A stretch of 38,031 nucleotides of DNA from Burkholderiales bacterium (GTDB lineage Bacteria > Pseudomonadota > Gammaproteobacteria > Burkholderiales > Burkholderiaceae_C): NCBI GenBank assembly GCA_031419635.1, contig JANOKY010000184.1, positions 1 through 38,031 of the forward strand, written 5' to 3'. A program made the translations under genes and the position numbers. The notes below the pieces were generated by a model. It made no database searches. It was not told the origin of the DNA and was given only the letters and a program-made list of their open reading frames with translations. Below, piece by piece: positions 18,177 to 27,554 of the stretch. Every line of letters begins with the position of its first letter. Positions within the stretch are counted from its first letter, which is position 1.

Positions 18177-18208
18177 GCGCAAATCCGGGTTTGCCCGCGG
18201 GCGCGGGG

Positions 18209-18769
18209 TCAAACGGCCAGCAGGTGCTGGCGGTAGTGCAGCAATTCGTCGATCGATTCGTGCACGTCGGCCAAGGCGGTGTGCGCCTGGGCTTTCTTGA
18301 TGCCGTCGAGCACGGCCGGCTTCCAGCGCCGAGCCAACTCCTTCAGCGTGCTGACGTCGAGGTTGCGGTAGTGGAAGAAGGCTTCCAGCGCCGGCATGTG
18401 GTTGGCCAGGAAGCGGCGGTCCTGGCAGATCGAATTGCCGCACATCGGGCTCTTGCCGGCCTTGACGAACTGCGCCAGCCACTCGATCACCTGGGCCTGG
18501 GCATGGGCCTCGTCGATCTCGGACGCCTTGACGCGCTCGACCAGGCCGCTCTTGCCATGCGTGCCCTTGTTCCAGGCGTCCATCGCGTCGAGGGTGGCGT
18601 CGCTCTGGTGGATCGCGAACACCGGCCCTTCGACGCGCGTCGTGATCTGCGCGTCGGTGACCACCACCGCGATCTCGATGACGCGGTCGCGGTCAGGGTA
18701 CAGGCCGGTCATTTCGAGGTCGATCCAGATCAGGTTGCTGTCGTTCTTGGCAAGGGCGGTTTCGGTCAT
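18209..18769 (-). CDS. orn: Oligoribonuclease
   Basis: ORF 18209..18937 trimmed to ATG 18769 ([23 protein letters not shown]). DEDDh exonuclease motifs are present, and it aligns by eye with E. coli Orn. An alternative start lies at 18799. Confidence 0.9.
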   Translation of the reverse strand: MTETALAKNDSNLIWIDLEMTGLYPDRDRVIEIAVVVTDAQITTRVEGPVFAIHQSDATLDAMDAWNKGTHGKSGLVERVKASEIDEAHAQAQVIEWLAQFVKAGKSPMCGNSICQDRRFLANHMPALEAFFHYRNLDVSTLKELARRWKPAVLDGIKKAQAHTALADVHESIDELLHYRQHLLAV

Positions 18770-18824
18770 GGCAATGGCGCGGGCAGGAGGTCCGGGCATT
18801 GTGTCAGCCCTACACTGCGGACCC

Positions 18825-20096
18825 ATGCAGTCCCTTTGGCTTTCACTCAGTTTCGCCGCCGCGCTGCTGCTGACGGTGCTGCTCAAATTCTGGCTGGCTA
18901 CCCGGCAGATGCGGCATGTGGCGGCGCACCGTGGCACAGTGCCCGCGGCGTTTGCCGCGACGGTGTCCTTGGCGGCGCACCAGAAGGCCGCCGACTACAC
19001 CCTCGTGCGATCGCGCTTCGGTCTGCTCACGCTGGCCTTCGGCACTGCGGTGCTGCTGGGCTGGACCCTGCTCGGCGGCCTGGATGCGCTGAACGCAGCG
19101 GTGCGCGATGCGGTGCAGCCGCGCTGGGGTGATCTGGCCTATCAGTTGGCGTTGCTGGCGGCCTTCGCGCTGATCGGCGGCCTGCTCGACGCGCCGTTCG
19201 AGGTCTACAACACCTTTCGCATCGAGCAGCGTTTTGGCTTCAACCGCACCACCTGGAAGTTGTACCTCGCCGACACCGCCAAGGGCTTGCTCGTCGGCGC
19301 ACTGATCGGCCTGCCACTGGCCGCGCTGGTGCTGTGGATCATGGCCAGCACGGGGGCCTGGTGGTGGCTGTGGGCGTGGGGAGCCTGGGTTGGTTTTCAA
19401 TTGCTGATGCTGGTGATCTACCCAACCGTGATCGCGCCGCTGTTCAACAAGTTCGAGCCGCTGCCCGACGACTCGTTGAAGGAGCGTGTGCAGGCGCTGA
19501 TGGCGCGCTGCGGCTTTGCCGCCAAGGGCCTGTTCGTGATGGACGGCAGCCGACGCTCGGCGCATGGCAACGCCTACTTCACCGGCCTGGGTGCCGCCAA
19601 GCGCGTAGTCTTCTTCGACACCCTGCTGGCGCGCCTGACCCCGGGTGAAGTGGAAGCCGTGCTGGCGCATGAACTGGGCCACTTCAAGCTGCGCCATGTG
19701 CCCAAACGCATCGTCGTGATCTTCGCCATGAGCCTGGCTGCCCTGGCGCTGCTGGGGTGGCTGGCGCAGCAGCAATGGTTCTACACCGGCCTGGGCGTGG
19801 CACCCAACCTCGGCGCGGCCAACGACGCGCTGGCGCTGCTGCTGTTCATGCTCGTGCTGCCGCCGCTGAGCTTTCTGTTCGTGCCGCTGGCCTCGCGGGT
19901 GTCGCGCCGCCACGAGTTCGAGGCTGATGCCTACGCCTGCGCGCAGTCCAGCGGGCGTGACCTGGCCAACGCGCTGCTCAAGCTGCACGAAGACAATGCC
20001 GGCACGCTGACACCCGACCCGCTGTACGTGAAGTTCTACTATTCGCACCCACCGGCGAGCGAGCGGCTCGCGGCGCTGAAGATCGAGCCGGCATGA
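18825..20096 (+). CDS. M48-family (Ste24/HtpX-like) zinc metallopeptidase
   Basis: ORF 18396..20096 trimmed to ATG 18825; the in-frame GTG at 18801 behind AGGAGG is an alternative. Multiple TM segments, HELGH zinc motif, and EFEADAY / HPPASERL C-terminal motifs. Confidence 0.88.
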   Translation: MQSLWLSLSFAAALLLTVLLKFWLATRQMRHVAAHRGTVPAAFAATVSLAAHQKAADYTLVRSRFGLLTLAFGTAVLLGWTLLGGLDALNAAVRDAVQPRWGDLAYQLALLAAFALIGGLLDAPFEVYNTFRIEQRFGFNRTTWKLYLADTAKGLLVGALIGLPLAALVLWIMASTGAWWWLWAWGAWVGFQLLMLVIYPTVIAPLFNKFEPLPDDSLKERVQALMARCGFAAKGLFVMDGSRRSAHGNAYFTGLGAAKRVVFFDTLLARLTPGEVEAVLAHELGHFKLRHVPKRIVVIFAMSLAALALLGWLAQQQWFYTGLGVAPNLGAANDALALLLFMLVLPPLSFLFVPLASRVSRRHEFEADAYACAQSSGRDLANALLKLHEDNAGTLTPDPLYVKFYYSHPPASERLAALKIEPA

Positions 20097-20416
20097 ATTC
20101 ATTGATTGCCCTGCACTGCAAGCCTCTCGAAGGCCACGCCGCGATGAGTGCCGCCGAAATCGCAGCGCACTTGCAACAGGTCGACGGCTGGTCGGTCGTC
20201 AACGGCTCGATCGAGAAGGCGCTGCCCTTCAAGGACTACCACCACACGATGGCCTTCGTGAATGCCGTGGCCTGGATCGCCCACCGCGAAGACCACCACC
20301 CCGATATCGCCTTCGGCTACAACCGCTGCACGCTGCGCTTCAACACCCATTCGGTCGGCGGTATTTCGCTCAATGACTTCATCTGTGCAGCCAAAGTGGA
20401 TGCCCTGAACCTTTGA
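20093..20416 (+). CDS. phhB: 4a-hydroxytetrahydrobiopterin dehydratase (pterin-4-alpha-carbinolamine dehydratase)
   Basis: 107 aa with the EDHHPD core motif. ATGA overlap with the M48 stop. Confidence 0.88.
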   Translation: MNSLIALHCKPLEGHAAMSAAEIAAHLQQVDGWSVVNGSIEKALPFKDYHHTMAFVNAVAWIAHREDHHPDIAFGYNRCTLRFNTHSVGGISLNDFICAAKVDALNL

Positions 20417-21318
20417 GCAAGTTCGCTGCGCTCGACCTCGGCCGCGTGGTGGCCGCGCATGGCCGCCATGTCATCGTCGAAACCCCCGAGGGCGAACGCG
20501 TGGCCTGCCACCTGCGCGGCAAGAAGAGCGACTGCGTGGTCGGCGACCTGGTGCGCTGGCAGCCCAGCGGCGACGAGGGCGTGATCGAGCACATCGAGCC
20601 GCGGCGCAACCTGCTGTTTCGCCAGGACGACTGGCGCACCAAATCGTTCGCCGCCAACCTCGACCAGATCCTGGTGCTGGTGGCGGGCGAGCCGATGTTT
20701 TCCGAAACCCAACTCGCCCGCGCGCTGATCGCTGCCGAAAGCGCCGGCATCGCCGTGCAGGTGCTGCTGAACAAATGCGATTTGCCGCAAGCCACGCTGG
20801 CGCGCGAACGCCTGCTGCCTTACCGCGCGATGGGCATCACGGTCATCGAAACGACGCTGAAGGCACGGCCCGATGAAGCGCGTGCGCTGCTGGCGCCGCT
20901 GCTGGCGAACCGCACGACACTGGTGCTCGGGCCCAGTGGAACCGGCAAGAGCACCTTGATCAACCTGATGGTGGACAACGCCGCAGCGCAGGTCGGCGAG
21001 GTCTCGCAGGCGCTGAATTCGGGCCGCCACACCACGACCACGACGACCTGGTACTGGCTCGATGCGACGCGCAGCGCGGCCCTGATCGACTCGCCGGGGT
21101 TCCAGGAGTTCGGCCTGCGCCAGATCGACGCGCAGCAGTTGCCCTTGCTGATGCCCGACCTGAACGCCTTCGTCGCCGACTGCCGCTTCTACAACTGCAC
21201 GCACCGGCAAGAGCCCGGCTGCGGCATCATCGCCGCGGTCGAGCGCGGCGAGATCAGCGCCTCGCGCTGGCGCATCTACGGCGAAATCTGCGACGAGCTG
21301 GCGCGCACCAAGTGGTGA
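20413..21318 (+). CDS. rsgA: Ribosome small-subunit-dependent GTPase A
   Basis: TTG start overlapping the phhB stop. Motifs: LLNKCDL (G4), GPSGTGKSTLIN (G1), and the C-terminal zinc motif CRFYNCTHRQEPGCG. Confidence 0.9.
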   Translation: MSKFAALDLGRVVAAHGRHVIVETPEGERVACHLRGKKSDCVVGDLVRWQPSGDEGVIEHIEPRRNLLFRQDDWRTKSFAANLDQILVLVAGEPMFSETQLARALIAAESAGIAVQVLLNKCDLPQATLARERLLPYRAMGITVIETTLKARPDEARALLAPLLANRTTLVLGPSGTGKSTLINLMVDNAAAQVGEVSQALNSGRHTTTTTTWYWLDATRSAALIDSPGFQEFGLRQIDAQQLPLLMPDLNAFVADCRFYNCTHRQEPGCGIIAAVERGEISASRWRIYGEICDELARTKW

Positions 21319-21321
21319 TGC

Positions 21322-21394
21322 CTCAGGCCAGCGCCGGGCCGCTCCCAAGCGGCCTGAGATCCCCTCGGGGGACGCGAGCGCAGCGAGCTTGGGG
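21322..21394 (+). repeat. GC-rich palindromic intergenic element (REP-like), copy C, with an upstream nested hairpin
   Basis: CTCAGGCC (21322-29) / GGCCTGAG (21351-58) encloses GCCGC-tcccaa-GCGGC. This is followed by CCCCTC-GGGGG-acgcgagcgcagcgagc-TTGGGG (21361-94). It fills the convergent rsgA / ampE-like gap. Confidence 0.55.
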
Positions 21395-21402
21395 CCGTCA
21401 GT

Positions 21403-22392
21403 TCAGCCGAGCAGGTTCGCGAGCGAGAGCAATGCTGCCATCAGCAACCACAGCACGACCGAGCGCCAGACGAGGCCGACCACGCTTTGCAGGTGGCCGG
21501 CTTGTGCAGGCATGCCGGCGGTTGAGCCGGTGTCGCCCGAACCTTGCACTGAACTACCGTGGTCGAAGGTCTTCGAGCGATCGGGCGTGATGCCGGGTGC
21601 GGCCGGGCCGCCGAGTTGCACGCCGATCGCACCGGCCGCGGCGGCCAGCAGAATGCCTTCGTTCTCGTGCAGCCAAAGGCCCGCGTCGCGCCGCCAGCCG
21701 TTGACCGCTTCCTCGAAGTTGCCGACAACGGCAAAGCCAAACGCCGTCAGCCGTGTCGGCACCAGATCGATCGCCTCGAACAGGCGCTGCGACAGGCGCA
21801 TCGACTGCTCGTTGGCTGGGGCGTCCAGCGTGCGACTCTTGAAGGCCCAGTACCGGCTGGCGACTTCGGCCATGCGGTAGACCACCGCGCCGGCCGGCCC
21901 GAGGCCGAGCGCCGACAGCGCAATGAAGCAAAAGAAGACGCCGAAGACGTGGCGGTGCGCGGCCAGCAGCGAATGCTCGATGACATGGCGCAGCAGCTCG
22001 GTGCGCGGCAGCTCGCTGGCGTCGAGGTGGCGCCATTCGCCGAGCAGGCGGCGGGCCTGGTCTTCGTCACCGCGTTCGAGCGCGTCGCGAATGTCGGTGA
22101 AGTAATGGCTGAACTGGCGAAAGCCGAGTGTGAGGTAGAGCACCAGCACGTCGATCGCCAGCGCGCCGAGCAGGCTGAACCGCGCCACCGCGATGTGCAA
22201 GGCCGCGACGACGATGGCGGGTGTCAGCACCGTGATGCACCAGACCACGATGGCATGCCGTTCGCGGCCGGCGTCGAAGTTGCGGCCGGTCCAGCCGACC
22301 CAGGAAATCAGGCTGTCGTGAACCCAGTTGTCGCGCGGCAGCGGCTTGACTTGTTCGATCACCAGCGCGAAGAGAACGGCAAAAAAGCTCAT
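21403..22392 (-). CDS. AmpE / CobD-CbiB-like integral membrane protein
   Basis: 329-aa polytopic membrane protein. The N-terminus MSFFAVLFALVIEQVKPLPRDNW resembles the AmpE/CobD family. Assignment is from memory of the family, not searched. Confidence 0.6.
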   Translation of the reverse strand: MSFFAVLFALVIEQVKPLPRDNWVHDSLISWVGWTGRNFDAGRERHAIVVWCITVLTPAIVVAALHIAVARFSLLGALAIDVLVLYLTLGFRQFSHYFTDIRDALERGDEDQARRLLGEWRHLDASELPRTELLRHVIEHSLLAAHRHVFGVFFCFIALSALGLGPAGAVVYRMAEVASRYWAFKSRTLDAPANEQSMRLSQRLFEAIDLVPTRLTAFGFAVVGNFEEAVNGWRRDAGLWLHENEGILLAAAAGAIGVQLGGPAAPGITPDRSKTFDHGSSVQGSGDTGSTAGMPAQAGHLQSVVGLVWRSVVLWLLMAALLSLANLLG

Positions 22393-22412
22393 CGGCCGCG
22401 ATGATACGCAGC

Positions 22413-23117
22413 TCAGGCGCCGAGGAAGCGGTACAGGTTGCGCAGCATCGCCGCGGTCGCGCCCCAGATGAAGTACGGCTCGCCGCGGCCGTCGGGGTGC
22501 GGCCAGGGCATCGACAGGAATTCGCGCCGCTGACCAGCGAACTCAATCACATGGCGCTGGTGGTTGGCCGGTGTCATCAGGAAGACCAGTGGCACTTCGA
22601 AAGCGTCGGCCACTTCGTGTGCGTCCAGCGCCAGCGTGAACGGCGGTCGCACCAGGGCCACCACCGGCGTCACGTCGTAGTCGGTAACGGTGCGGTACTC
22701 GGGCAAGGCGCCGATGACCTCGATGTGCTGCCGCGCCAAACCCACTTCTTCTTCGGCCTCGCGCAGCGCGGTGGCCACGGCGTCACCGTCGCTGGCCTCG
22801 GCACGGCCGCCGGGAAAGCTGATCTGGCCGGGGTGGGAGCGCAGGTGCGCGGTGCGACGGGTCAGCAGCACCGTCAAGCCGGCTTCGCGCTCGACCAGCG
22901 GCACCAGCACCGAGGCGGCGGCGCGGACGCGGCCCTCGAGCAGGCGGCCGTCGCCGCGCGTTTCCGGCTGCCAGGGCGGCGGGGACGCGAAGTGCTGGCG
23001 CAGCGCCTCGGCGCTCAGTCGGGCGGGCTCCAGGGCCGGCAGATACCCGTCGTGGCCCAACACCGGCACCGCCTGTGGGTTCAGGATCGGTGAGCGAAGT
23101 GTCTCGGTGCCGGTCAT
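22413..23117 (-). CDS. CoA pyrophosphatase (Nudix hydrolase, NudL-like)
   Basis: ORF 22413..23177 trimmed to ATG 23117, so the rplS terminator stays intergenic. Contains the CoA-Nudix signature LLTRRTAHLRSHPGQISFPGG and the Nudix box ALREAEEEVGL. Confidence 0.85.
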   Translation of the reverse strand: MTGTETLRSPILNPQAVPVLGHDGYLPALEPARLSAEALRQHFASPPPWQPETRGDGRLLEGRVRAAASVLVPLVEREAGLTVLLTRRTAHLRSHPGQISFPGGRAEASDGDAVATALREAEEEVGLARQHIEVIGALPEYRTVTDYDVTPVVALVRPPFTLALDAHEVADAFEVPLVFLMTPANHQRHVIEFAGQRREFLSMPWPHPDGRGEPYFIWGATAAMLRNLYRFLGA

Positions 23118-23142
23118 GGGTTGAGCATAGGGCGCCAACGAC

Positions 23143-23165
23143 AAAGCCGCCCGAAGGCGGTTTTT
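23143..23165 (-). terminator. Rho-independent terminator after rplS (bidirectional shape)
   Basis: aaaGCCGCC-cgaa-GGCGGttttt. On the minus strand the stem is followed by CTTTGTCGTT, and on the plus strand by TTTTTGCTTT. Confidence 0.6.
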
Positions 23166-23255
23166 GCTTTCCCGCATCGCTGCGGCTTTATGCGAGTTTT
23201 TGCGGGTACGCGAAACGTGGCTCGCGCTGTCGCGCTCTGCGTCGCACTGCCTTCG

Positions 23256-23609
<354 letters not shown>

Positions 23610-23707
23610 TGCATTTCTCCTGGTGATCGTGCCGGCGATTTGTTGAGGGAAATGTGCATTGACGCATTGCGCGATGCTGTCCCGGCAGAGGATCGAAAAG
23701 CCGAAGA

Positions 23708-24466
23708 TTATAGCCCGCGGGAAGTCAGAAAGCGCTCATCGGCCCGGCTCAGCCGGCCAGCGGCCCGCGCCGCGGCGATCAATTCGGGCCGGCGCCGCAG
23801 CGTCAGCTCGAGCGAGCGCTCGCGGCGCCAGCGCTCGATCTCGGCGTGGTGGCCCGACAGCAGTACCGGCGGCACCGCAACGCCGCCCTGCCCGGCCGGC
23901 AGCGTCTCTGGCCGGCTGTAATGCGGGCAATCGAGCAGGCCGTCGGCGCCGAAGCTGTCCTGTTGGTGCGATTGCTCGTCGCCGAGCACACCAGGCTGCA
24001 AGCGTGCAATCGCGTCGAGCAGCGCCAGCGCCGGCAGCTCGCCGCCCGACAGCACGAAGTCGCCCAGGCTCAGCTCCTGCGTCACATGGCGGTCGAGGAA
24101 ACGCTGGTCGATGCCTTCATAGCGGCCGCACAGCAGCACCCCGCCCGGGCCGGCCGCCAGTTCGCGCACGAGGGCCTGATCGAGCCGCTGGCCGGTGGGC
24201 GTGAAGTGGATCACCGGCGGCGCCGAGTCACCGCGGTCGGCCCGTACCTCGGCCAGCGCGCGCTCCAGCGGCTCGGCCAGCAGCACCATGCCCGGGCCGC
24301 CACCGAAGGGGCGGTCATCGACGCGCTGGTGGGTGCCGTCGCCGTACTCACGCAGCGGCCAAAGGCGCACATCGACCTGGCCGGTTTCGAAAGCACGCCG
24401 CGTCACGCCCAGCGCCAGGTGCGGCGCGAACAACTCGGGGAACAAGGTCAGGACGTCGAAGCGCAT
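23708..24466 (-). CDS. trmD: tRNA (guanine37-N1)-methyltransferase
   Basis: [14 protein letters not shown]-terminus, [23 protein letters not shown]. Confidence 0.95.
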   Translation of the reverse strand: MRFDVLTLFPELFAPHLALGVTRRAFETGQVDVRLWPLREYGDGTHQRVDDRPFGGGPGMVLLAEPLERALAEVRADRGDSAPPVIHFTPTGQRLDQALVRELAAGPGGVLLCGRYEGIDQRFLDRHVTQELSLGDFVLSGGELPALALLDAIARLQPGVLGDEQSHQQDSFGADGLLDCPHYSRPETLPAGQGGVAVPPVLLSGHHAEIERWRRERSLELTLRRRPELIAAARAAGRLSRADERFLTSRGL

Positions 24467-24473
24467 CCGCGGC

Positions 24474-25070
24474 TCAGTAGTCCAGGCCCCAGTCGACGCG
24501 AATCTGTTTCGCGGCGAGATCGACGCTGTCGATGTAGGAGGCGACGAACGGGATCAGTCGCTCCGCCGCCTCAGGTGCCGCATTGGCCGGCGCATCGGGA
24601 CGGCGCACGCGCAAGACGCTGTGCACGCCCGTGTCGATCAGGTCGGTCACGTCGCCCAGCAGCAGGCCTTCGCGATTGGTCACCGCCAGGCCGATCAGAT
24701 CGATCCAGTAATACTCGCTGTCGCCGGCCGTCGGGAAACTCGCCCGTGAGACGAACACGCGCGCACCCGTCAGCACTTCGGCGGCATGGCGGTCAGCGAC
24801 TTCCTGTGCCGTGGCGACCACCACCGACGCCTGTTCACGGGCCTGGGTGATGCGCAGCAGCAGCGGCAGCGCGATCCGTGGGCCTGGCCTGGGCACGCTG
24901 GCTGGCTGCAGGAACCAGCGCTTGGACGAGAAGAGTGCCTGCGGGTCGCTGGCATGGGCCAGCACCTTGAAGCCGCCCTTGAGGCCCCAGGCCCCGACGA
25001 TGCGGCCAACCTCGATGGCATCGGCCGGGAACCCCGGCTCGTCAGCGGCCGCAGCGTTCAGCGACTGCAT
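24474..25070 (-). CDS. rimM: Ribosome maturation factor RimM
   Basis: ORF 24474..25286 trimmed to ATG 25070. Contains [15 protein letters not shown] and a PRC-barrel C-terminus. Positioned between rpsP and trmD. Confidence 0.9.
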   Translation of the reverse strand: MQSLNAAAADEPGFPADAIEVGRIVGAWGLKGGFKVLAHASDPQALFSSKRWFLQPASVPRPGPRIALPLLLRITQAREQASVVVATAQEVADRHAAEVLTGARVFVSRASFPTAGDSEYYWIDLIGLAVTNREGLLLGDVTDLIDTGVHSVLRVRRPDAPANAAPEAAERLIPFVASYIDSVDLAAKQIRVDWGLDY

Positions 25071-25098
25071 CGTCGCCCTACGGCGGCGCTGGCGAGTG

Positions 25099-25347
25099 TC
25101 AGGCGCTGGCCTTGGCCTGGCCGACCAGGCGGGCCACCGTGGGCGAGACCTGGGCGCCAACGCCGGTCCAGTAGGCGATGCGGTCGGTGGCCACACGCAG
25201 CGGCTGCTCGCCGCCGGCAGCGACCGGGTTGTAGAAGCCCACGCGCTCGATGAAGCGGCCGTCGCGGCGCTCGTGCGAATCGGCAACGACGATGTTGTAG
25301 AACGGGCGCTTCTTGGCGCCGGAGCGGGACAGACGGATCACAACCAT
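25099..25347 (-). CDS. rpsP: 30S ribosomal protein S16
   Basis: ORF 25099..25407 trimmed to ATG 25347 ([24 protein letters not shown]), with a GAGGA RBS. Confidence 0.95.
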   Translation of the reverse strand: MVVIRLSRSGAKKRPFYNIVVADSHERRDGRFIERVGFYNPVAAGGEQPLRVATDRIAYWTGVGAQVSPTVARLVGQAKASA

Positions 25348-25357
25348 GGGGCTATTC

Positions 25358-25378
25358 CTCGAAACTCGAAACTCGAAA
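25358..25378 (-). repeat. Three perfect tandem heptamers in the rpsP leader
   Basis: The plus strand reads ctcgaaa x3 (25358-64, 25365-71, 25372-78). On the mRNA strand this is TTTCGAG x3, running directly into the GAGGA Shine-Dalgarno. Confidence 0.8.
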
Positions 25379-25508
25379 TCGTTCATTGACCGCACCGGGA
25401 GACACACCGGCCGGCCAGATCGTGGGTGCGATGCGCCAAGGCGCAGGGCACACAGCTCGGCGCCGTAGATACACCAGTCACCCGACCGGCCGTCGCCGAA
25501 AACTGCGC

Positions 25509-25514
25509 ATTATA
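25509..25514 (-). promoter_or_regulatory. Possible -10 (perfect TATAAT) for the rpsP-rimM-trmD-rplS operon
   Basis: The minus strand reads gcgacTATAATgcgcag, about 160 nt upstream of the rpsP ATG. The -35 is weak. Confidence 0.35.
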
Positions 25515-25546
25515 GTCGCGGCGCATCTGCCGTCCCGACCACCTCC

Positions 25547-26080
25547 ATGCCGCCCTTGATCATCCGCCCCAGCAGCGCTGCCGACCTGCCCGCAATCACC
25601 CGCATCTATGGCCTGGCGGTGGCCCAGGGGACGGGCACTTTCGAGCTCGACCAGCCCGACGCCACCGAGATGGCGCGGCGCCGCGACGACGTGCTGTCCA
25701 AGGGCCTGCCCTGGCTGGTGGCCGAGCGTGACGGCCAGGTGCTCGGCTACGCCTACGCCAACCACTTCCGGCCGCGCCGCGCCTACCGCTTCTGTCTCGA
25801 AGACTCGATCTACCTCGACCCCGCCGCGCAGGGCCAGGGCGTCGGGCGCGTGTTGCTGGCCGAGTTGCTGGCGCAATGCGAGGCGCGCGGCGCGCGGCAG
25901 ATGCTGGCGGTGATTGGTGACTCGGCCAACGCTGGCTCGGTCGCTGTGCACCGCGCCTGTGGCTTCGAGCCGGTGGGCCAGTTCGCGGCCGCCGGCTGGA
26001 AGTTCGAGCGCTGGCTCGACGTGGTGCTGATGCAGCGCAGCCTCGGCGAAGGCAGCGCCACCGCGCCGCTCGACCACTGA
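25547..26080 (+). CDS. GNAT-family N-acetyltransferase (phosphinothricin-acetyltransferase-like)
   Basis: IRPSSAADLPAITRIY N-terminus and the acetyl-CoA motif QGQGVGRVLLAELL. Confidence 0.85.
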   Translation: MPPLIIRPSSAADLPAITRIYGLAVAQGTGTFELDQPDATEMARRRDDVLSKGLPWLVAERDGQVLGYAYANHFRPRRAYRFCLEDSIYLDPAAQGQGVGRVLLAELLAQCEARGARQMLAVIGDSANAGSVAVHRACGFEPVGQFAAAGWKFERWLDVVLMQRSLGEGSATAPLDH

Positions 26081-26523
26081 TGACGCGCTACAAATCGAAG
26101 ACGTTGGCCACCTGGCTGGCCCTGCTCGGCGGCAGCCTGGGCCTGCACCGCTTTTACCTGCACGGCGGGCGCGACCTGCTGGCCTGGCTGCACCCGTTGC
26201 CGACTCTCGCCGGCCTGGTGGGCGTGCAGCGCATGCTCGATCTCGGCCAGGACGACCGCGTGGCCTGGCTGCTGCTGCCGCTACTGGGCCTGATGCTTGC
26301 GCAGGCGGCGCTGTGCGCCATCGTCTACGGCCTGCTGCCCGACGAGCGCTGGGACGCGCGACACAACCCCGGCGCTGCCGTGCACGCCACCGGCTGGGGC
26401 CCAGTGCTGGGCGTGATCACGGCCTTGATCGTCGGGGCCACGGCGCTGATGGCGACCATCGCCTTCAGCGGCCAGCGCTACTTCGAGTCGCAGGTCGAAG
26501 AGGGCCGCAAGATCAGCCAGTGA
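26080..26523 (+). CDS. TM2-domain membrane protein
   Basis: ATG shares 1 nt with the GNAT stop (TGATG). Contains WLALLGGSLGLHRFYLHG (TM2 signature) plus further TM segments. Confidence 0.75.
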   Translation: MTRYKSKTLATWLALLGGSLGLHRFYLHGGRDLLAWLHPLPTLAGLVGVQRMLDLGQDDRVAWLLLPLLGLMLAQAALCAIVYGLLPDERWDARHNPGAAVHATGWGPVLGVITALIVGATALMATIAFSGQRYFESQVEEGRKISQ

Positions 26524-26524
26524 C

Positions 26525-27535
26525 TCAGAGCACGGCGCGGCCGAGCCAATAGGCCACGGCGGCCATCAGGCCCGAGGCCGGGATGGTGAAGATCCACGCC
26601 CAGACGATGTTGCCGGCCACTCCCCAGCGCACCGCCGAGGCCCGCCGCGTCGAGCCGACGCCGACGATTGCGCCGGTGATGGTGTGGGTGGTGGAGACCG
26701 GGATGCCCAGCCCAGTGGCCAGGAACAAAGTGATCGCGCCGCCGGTTTCGGCGCAGAAGCCGCCGACGGGCTTCAACTTGGTGATTTTCTGGCCCATCGT
26801 CTTGACGATGCGCCAGCCGCCGAACATCGTGCCCAGCGCGATGGCGATGTAGCAACTCCAGATCACCCAGCCGGGCGGAAAGCTGTCGACGGCGCTGGCG
26901 TAGCCGGTGGCGATCAGCAGCATCCAGATGATGCCGATGGTCTTTTGCGCATCGTTGCCGCCATGGCCCAGGCTGTACAGGCCGGCCGAGACGAGCTGCA
27001 AGCGGCGGAACGTGGTGTCGACCTTTTGCGGCCGTTTGTGTCGGAACGTCCACGCGACCGCCACCATCAGCAGCGAGGCCAGCACGAAGCCGAGCAATGG
27101 CGACACCAGGATGAAGGCCACCGTCTTCCACACGCCCGCGGCGATCAGGGAATCGGCCCCCGACTTGGCCATCACCGCACCAACGATGCCGCCGATCAGC
27201 GCGTGCGAGCTTGACGACGGGATGCCGTACCACCAAGTGATGAAATTCCAAATGATGGCGCCGACCAGCGCACCGAAAACCACGTAGTGGTCGACCACGC
27301 CGGGCATCACGATGCCTTTGCCGATGGTGGCCGCGACCTTCAACTGGAATACGAACAGCGCGACGAAGTTGAAGAAAGCCGCGAAGGCCACCGCCTGGTG
27401 CGGCTTCAACACGCCGGTGGAAACGACGGTGGCGATCGAGTTCGCCGCGTCGTGAAAGCCGTTCATGAAATCGAAGGCGATGGCCAGCGCCACCAGCATC
27501 GCAATCACCCAGAAGGAAACCTGGACCGCGCCCAT
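26525..27535 (-). CDS. Inorganic phosphate transporter, PiT (PHO4) family
   Basis: NGFHDAANSIATVV and GGNDAQKTIGII signature repeats in a polytopic membrane protein. Confidence 0.92.
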   Translation of the reverse strand: MGAVQVSFWVIAMLVALAIAFDFMNGFHDAANSIATVVSTGVLKPHQAVAFAAFFNFVALFVFQLKVAATIGKGIVMPGVVDHYVVFGALVGAIIWNFITWWYGIPSSSSHALIGGIVGAVMAKSGADSLIAAGVWKTVAFILVSPLLGFVLASLLMVAVAWTFRHKRPQKVDTTFRRLQLVSAGLYSLGHGGNDAQKTIGIIWMLLIATGYASAVDSFPPGWVIWSCYIAIALGTMFGGWRIVKTMGQKITKLKPVGGFCAETGGAITLFLATGLGIPVSTTHTITGAIVGVGSTRRASAVRWGVAGNIVWAWIFTIPASGLMAAVAYWLGRAVL

Positions 27536-27554
27536 CGTCAGGTGCCGGCCGGCC

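Noticed and set aside
16494-18482. 662-aa version of the DEAD-box helicase
   Set aside because: The N-terminal 194 aa (Pro/Arg/Ala-rich, no helicase motifs) overlap the orn gene on the same strand in another frame. The conserved core starts shortly after ATG 17900.
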